A stretch of 61,392 nucleotides of DNA, counting the filler, from Hausera hauseri (lineage: Eukaryota), in NCBI GenBank assembly GCA_046269625.1. It is 7 parts of 7 records of this genome, joined end to end, with 100 filler letters (N's around TTAATTAATTAA, not from the genome) between each part and the next. Parts side by side here need not be neighbours in the genome. Positions count along the whole stretch, not along the records: positions 55,662 to 61,392 come from JBJURY010198192.1; 6 more parts are not named here. The stretch is one strand, 5' to 3'. Position numbers and translations under genes: made by a program. Each line of letters opens with the position of its first letter. Positions within the stretch are counted from its first letter, which is position 1. Below, piece after piece: positions 59,301 through 61,392 of the stretch. The notes beneath the pieces were generated by a model. It was not told the origin of the DNA. It saw nothing but the letters and a program-made list of their open reading frames with translations, and made no database searches.

Positions 59301-61392
59301 AGTCCTGGAGTAATATTTGAATTCGCCTTTTATATGGTCCTAGTTACCTAAATCCGACACATGGTGCCTCTGGCGAAAAGTAATCTAATTCTATTGCCCG
59401 TAAAAAATTTTCGTCTTTTTTGTTCGACTTATGTTCGGAACTTCCTTCCTTTTGTGACAAGGGTTTTAATCCGTTTTTCCTGATTCCATATACATTGTTC
59501 AACGAAGTTTCATCTACCCACCATTGGGCATTAGATCTGGGCGTTAGGACAGCAATCAACGATAAGGCTATTATTATCTGTGCATAAGATACTGGTCTTG
59601 TAACAATCGACGAGGTCTTGTTTTCTCGTGGTCTTAGATTGTAGTGTTTAGCTGGCCTTATATCTGTTTTAACTATTCTTTGAATCGATACGACTTCCTC
59701 TTTACCATTTTTATTAACATAGACCGTGGTTGGCTTGGTGCGGATGATTTCATATGGTCCTCTTCCGGTACGTGTTAATTTCAAGGATGTACCTTTCTTC
59801 GCTACTGGGTAATGTATATAAACCCAATTTCCATTTTTTAGATCATGCAGTTTTGTCTTTTTATCATATTGTTTTTTAAATTGGTCCTGGTATTCGAGTG
59901 ATAATATTTTTGCAACCTCCCAACACTTTTGTAATCGTGTCTATAAGACTTCGGCAAAATTCTGCTCTAGATCCTTCAGGTTCCTTTCATATGGTGTCAT
60001 ACATAGATCTGTGGGTAAGATTGCCTCTCCTCCATACATCATAAAGAACGGTGTAAACCCTGTTGCTGGATGTGGAGTCATATTGATTGGAAACTGTGTC
60101 TCTTCTAAGAATTCGTCCCAATCTTTTTGGCCTTTGGCTACTACAGTTGATAGTATACAAATGACTGTTGCGTTCATTTGTTCTACCATTCCATTACATT
60201 GGGGGTGGTATGCAGTGGTGGTTAAGCGTTCGGTTTCAAATATCTTAGTGATTTTCTCGAATAATTCACTTGTAAAGTTCCTTCCTCTATCTGTTAATAT
60301 TTGTTCTGGTGGTCCGTATCTGCAGATGATTTTCCTTACCATTGTGTGGGCTAAAGTTTCTGCTTTTTATCTAATAGTGCCACGAGTTCGACAAAACGCG
60401 TTAATCAATTTACACAGGTTAGAATATATCTGTTATTTTTGAGAGTTGTAAGCAAGGGTCCCACTATATCCATAGACATATCTTGCATGGGCCTATCTGG
60501 TACGCTTATAGATTTTAACTCAGCTACGTAACTTTTCGTTTTCTTTTGTTTTGTCGCGCAAACTTTGCAAGCGCCTACCCAATTCTTTACATCAATATAG
60601 ATGCTCGGCCAATAATATTTATTTAATATTCTTTCCCATGTCTTCTTCAAGGACATGTGTCCAGCTAAATATGAATCATGTTCAGCCATAAGTACTTCGA
60701 TTCGTAATCCTTTTGGAATAACTATTAGTCTTCTTCCTTTTCGTTCGTAAAATAGTACGTAATCTTGTTTTAATGCTCGATATTTATGTCCGTGTCTCTG
60801 TAGATATTTCTTAAGTTGTCGCCCTTTTGGCATTTTGTCGTTTTGTACGAACTCGATGATTTGCTGAATAACTTTGTCTTTAGCTTGCTCAACTGTAATT
60901 CTAATCGTCTTATCTCGTATTAGAGTTCTTTGTTGTTCAATCAGTTGTTCGAGTTGCGGTTTTTTTATTGTTGTGATTACACTCGATTTTGTCTTTAATC
61001 GTGACAGTGCGTCGGCGTCGACATGTTTGTTGCCCGGTTTATATCGGAATTCAATGTTATATCGAGAAATTTCTTCGATCAAACGATTCAGTCTACATGT
61101 TGGGTTAATAGCTCGTCTCTTCAATGTCGTAACTGCTTTGTGGTCGGTTACTATTATAATCTTTTGTCCATATACATAGATATTAAAGTGTCATAGTGCT
61201 TCCTAATTCGGTAACTGAATAATTCTTTTCTGCTTTCTTTAATGAGTGTCCCCCATAGGCTATTGGGTGCTCTAAGTTTTTATCTTCTCGTTTCTAAGCT
61301 AATTCATATCCTATACCTTCTTTACTTGCATCTGTTTTAATGATGAATGGTAAGTTAAAATTAGGGTATCTTAGAACTGGTTCGCTTGTCAA
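55699..61392 (-). mobile_element. Decayed third subfamily of the giant Gypsy element (RH, IN, post-IN membrane protein, dead exonuclease, RING)
   Basis: RH 'FIIKTDAS..TDH..DADALSR'; IN 'EHDSYLAGH..CKVC', 'MDIVGP', 'LTDRG', 'YPVAKKGTSLKLTRTGRGPY'; signal 'IIIALSLIAVLTPRSNA'; 'VYIHLAGG'; exonuclease-like region ~57060-57510; RING ORF. Confidence 0.88.

Overview
The window is seven unrelated contigs joined by artificial 100-nt N/TTAATTAATTAA spacers. Most of it is AT-rich, repeat-rich animal (invertebrate-like) DNA. One short GC-richer segment looks like teleost RNF165/ARK2C, which suggests a fish-associated organism or a chimeric assembly. The main feature is a giant Ty3/Gypsy-type LTR element, present as two slightly diverged tandem copies sharing one 1318-bp LTR (22144-23461; PPT upstream, perfect tRNA-Lys(UUU) PBS downstream; repeat unit 15,597 bp). 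Overlapping the two copies reconstructs ONE uninterrupted ORF of about 4,570-4,600 aa. Its order is Gag(CA, CCHC) - coiled/acidic linker - ubiquitin-like domain - internal signal peptide - chuvirus-like fusion glycoprotein - TM - PR - RT - RNase H - IN - second signal peptide - second ectodomain (FN3-like) - TM - conserved unknown domain - catalytically dead DEDDh (REX4/ISG20-like) exonuclease fold. The envelope gene therefore lies BETWEEN gag and pol, in frame. Two highly divergent, decayed relatives (contigs 1 and 7) keep the same post-integrase cassette, and one adds a RING finger. Also present: decayed CsRn1-like Gypsy elements whose Gag has an N-terminal ubiquitin-like domain and two CHCC knuckles; decayed intronless-looking cadherin/EGF, PLCXD and C2H2 sequences; a LINE RNase H remnant; a PAM2-motif exon; and minisatellites. 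All domain calls were made by eye from motifs, without database searches.
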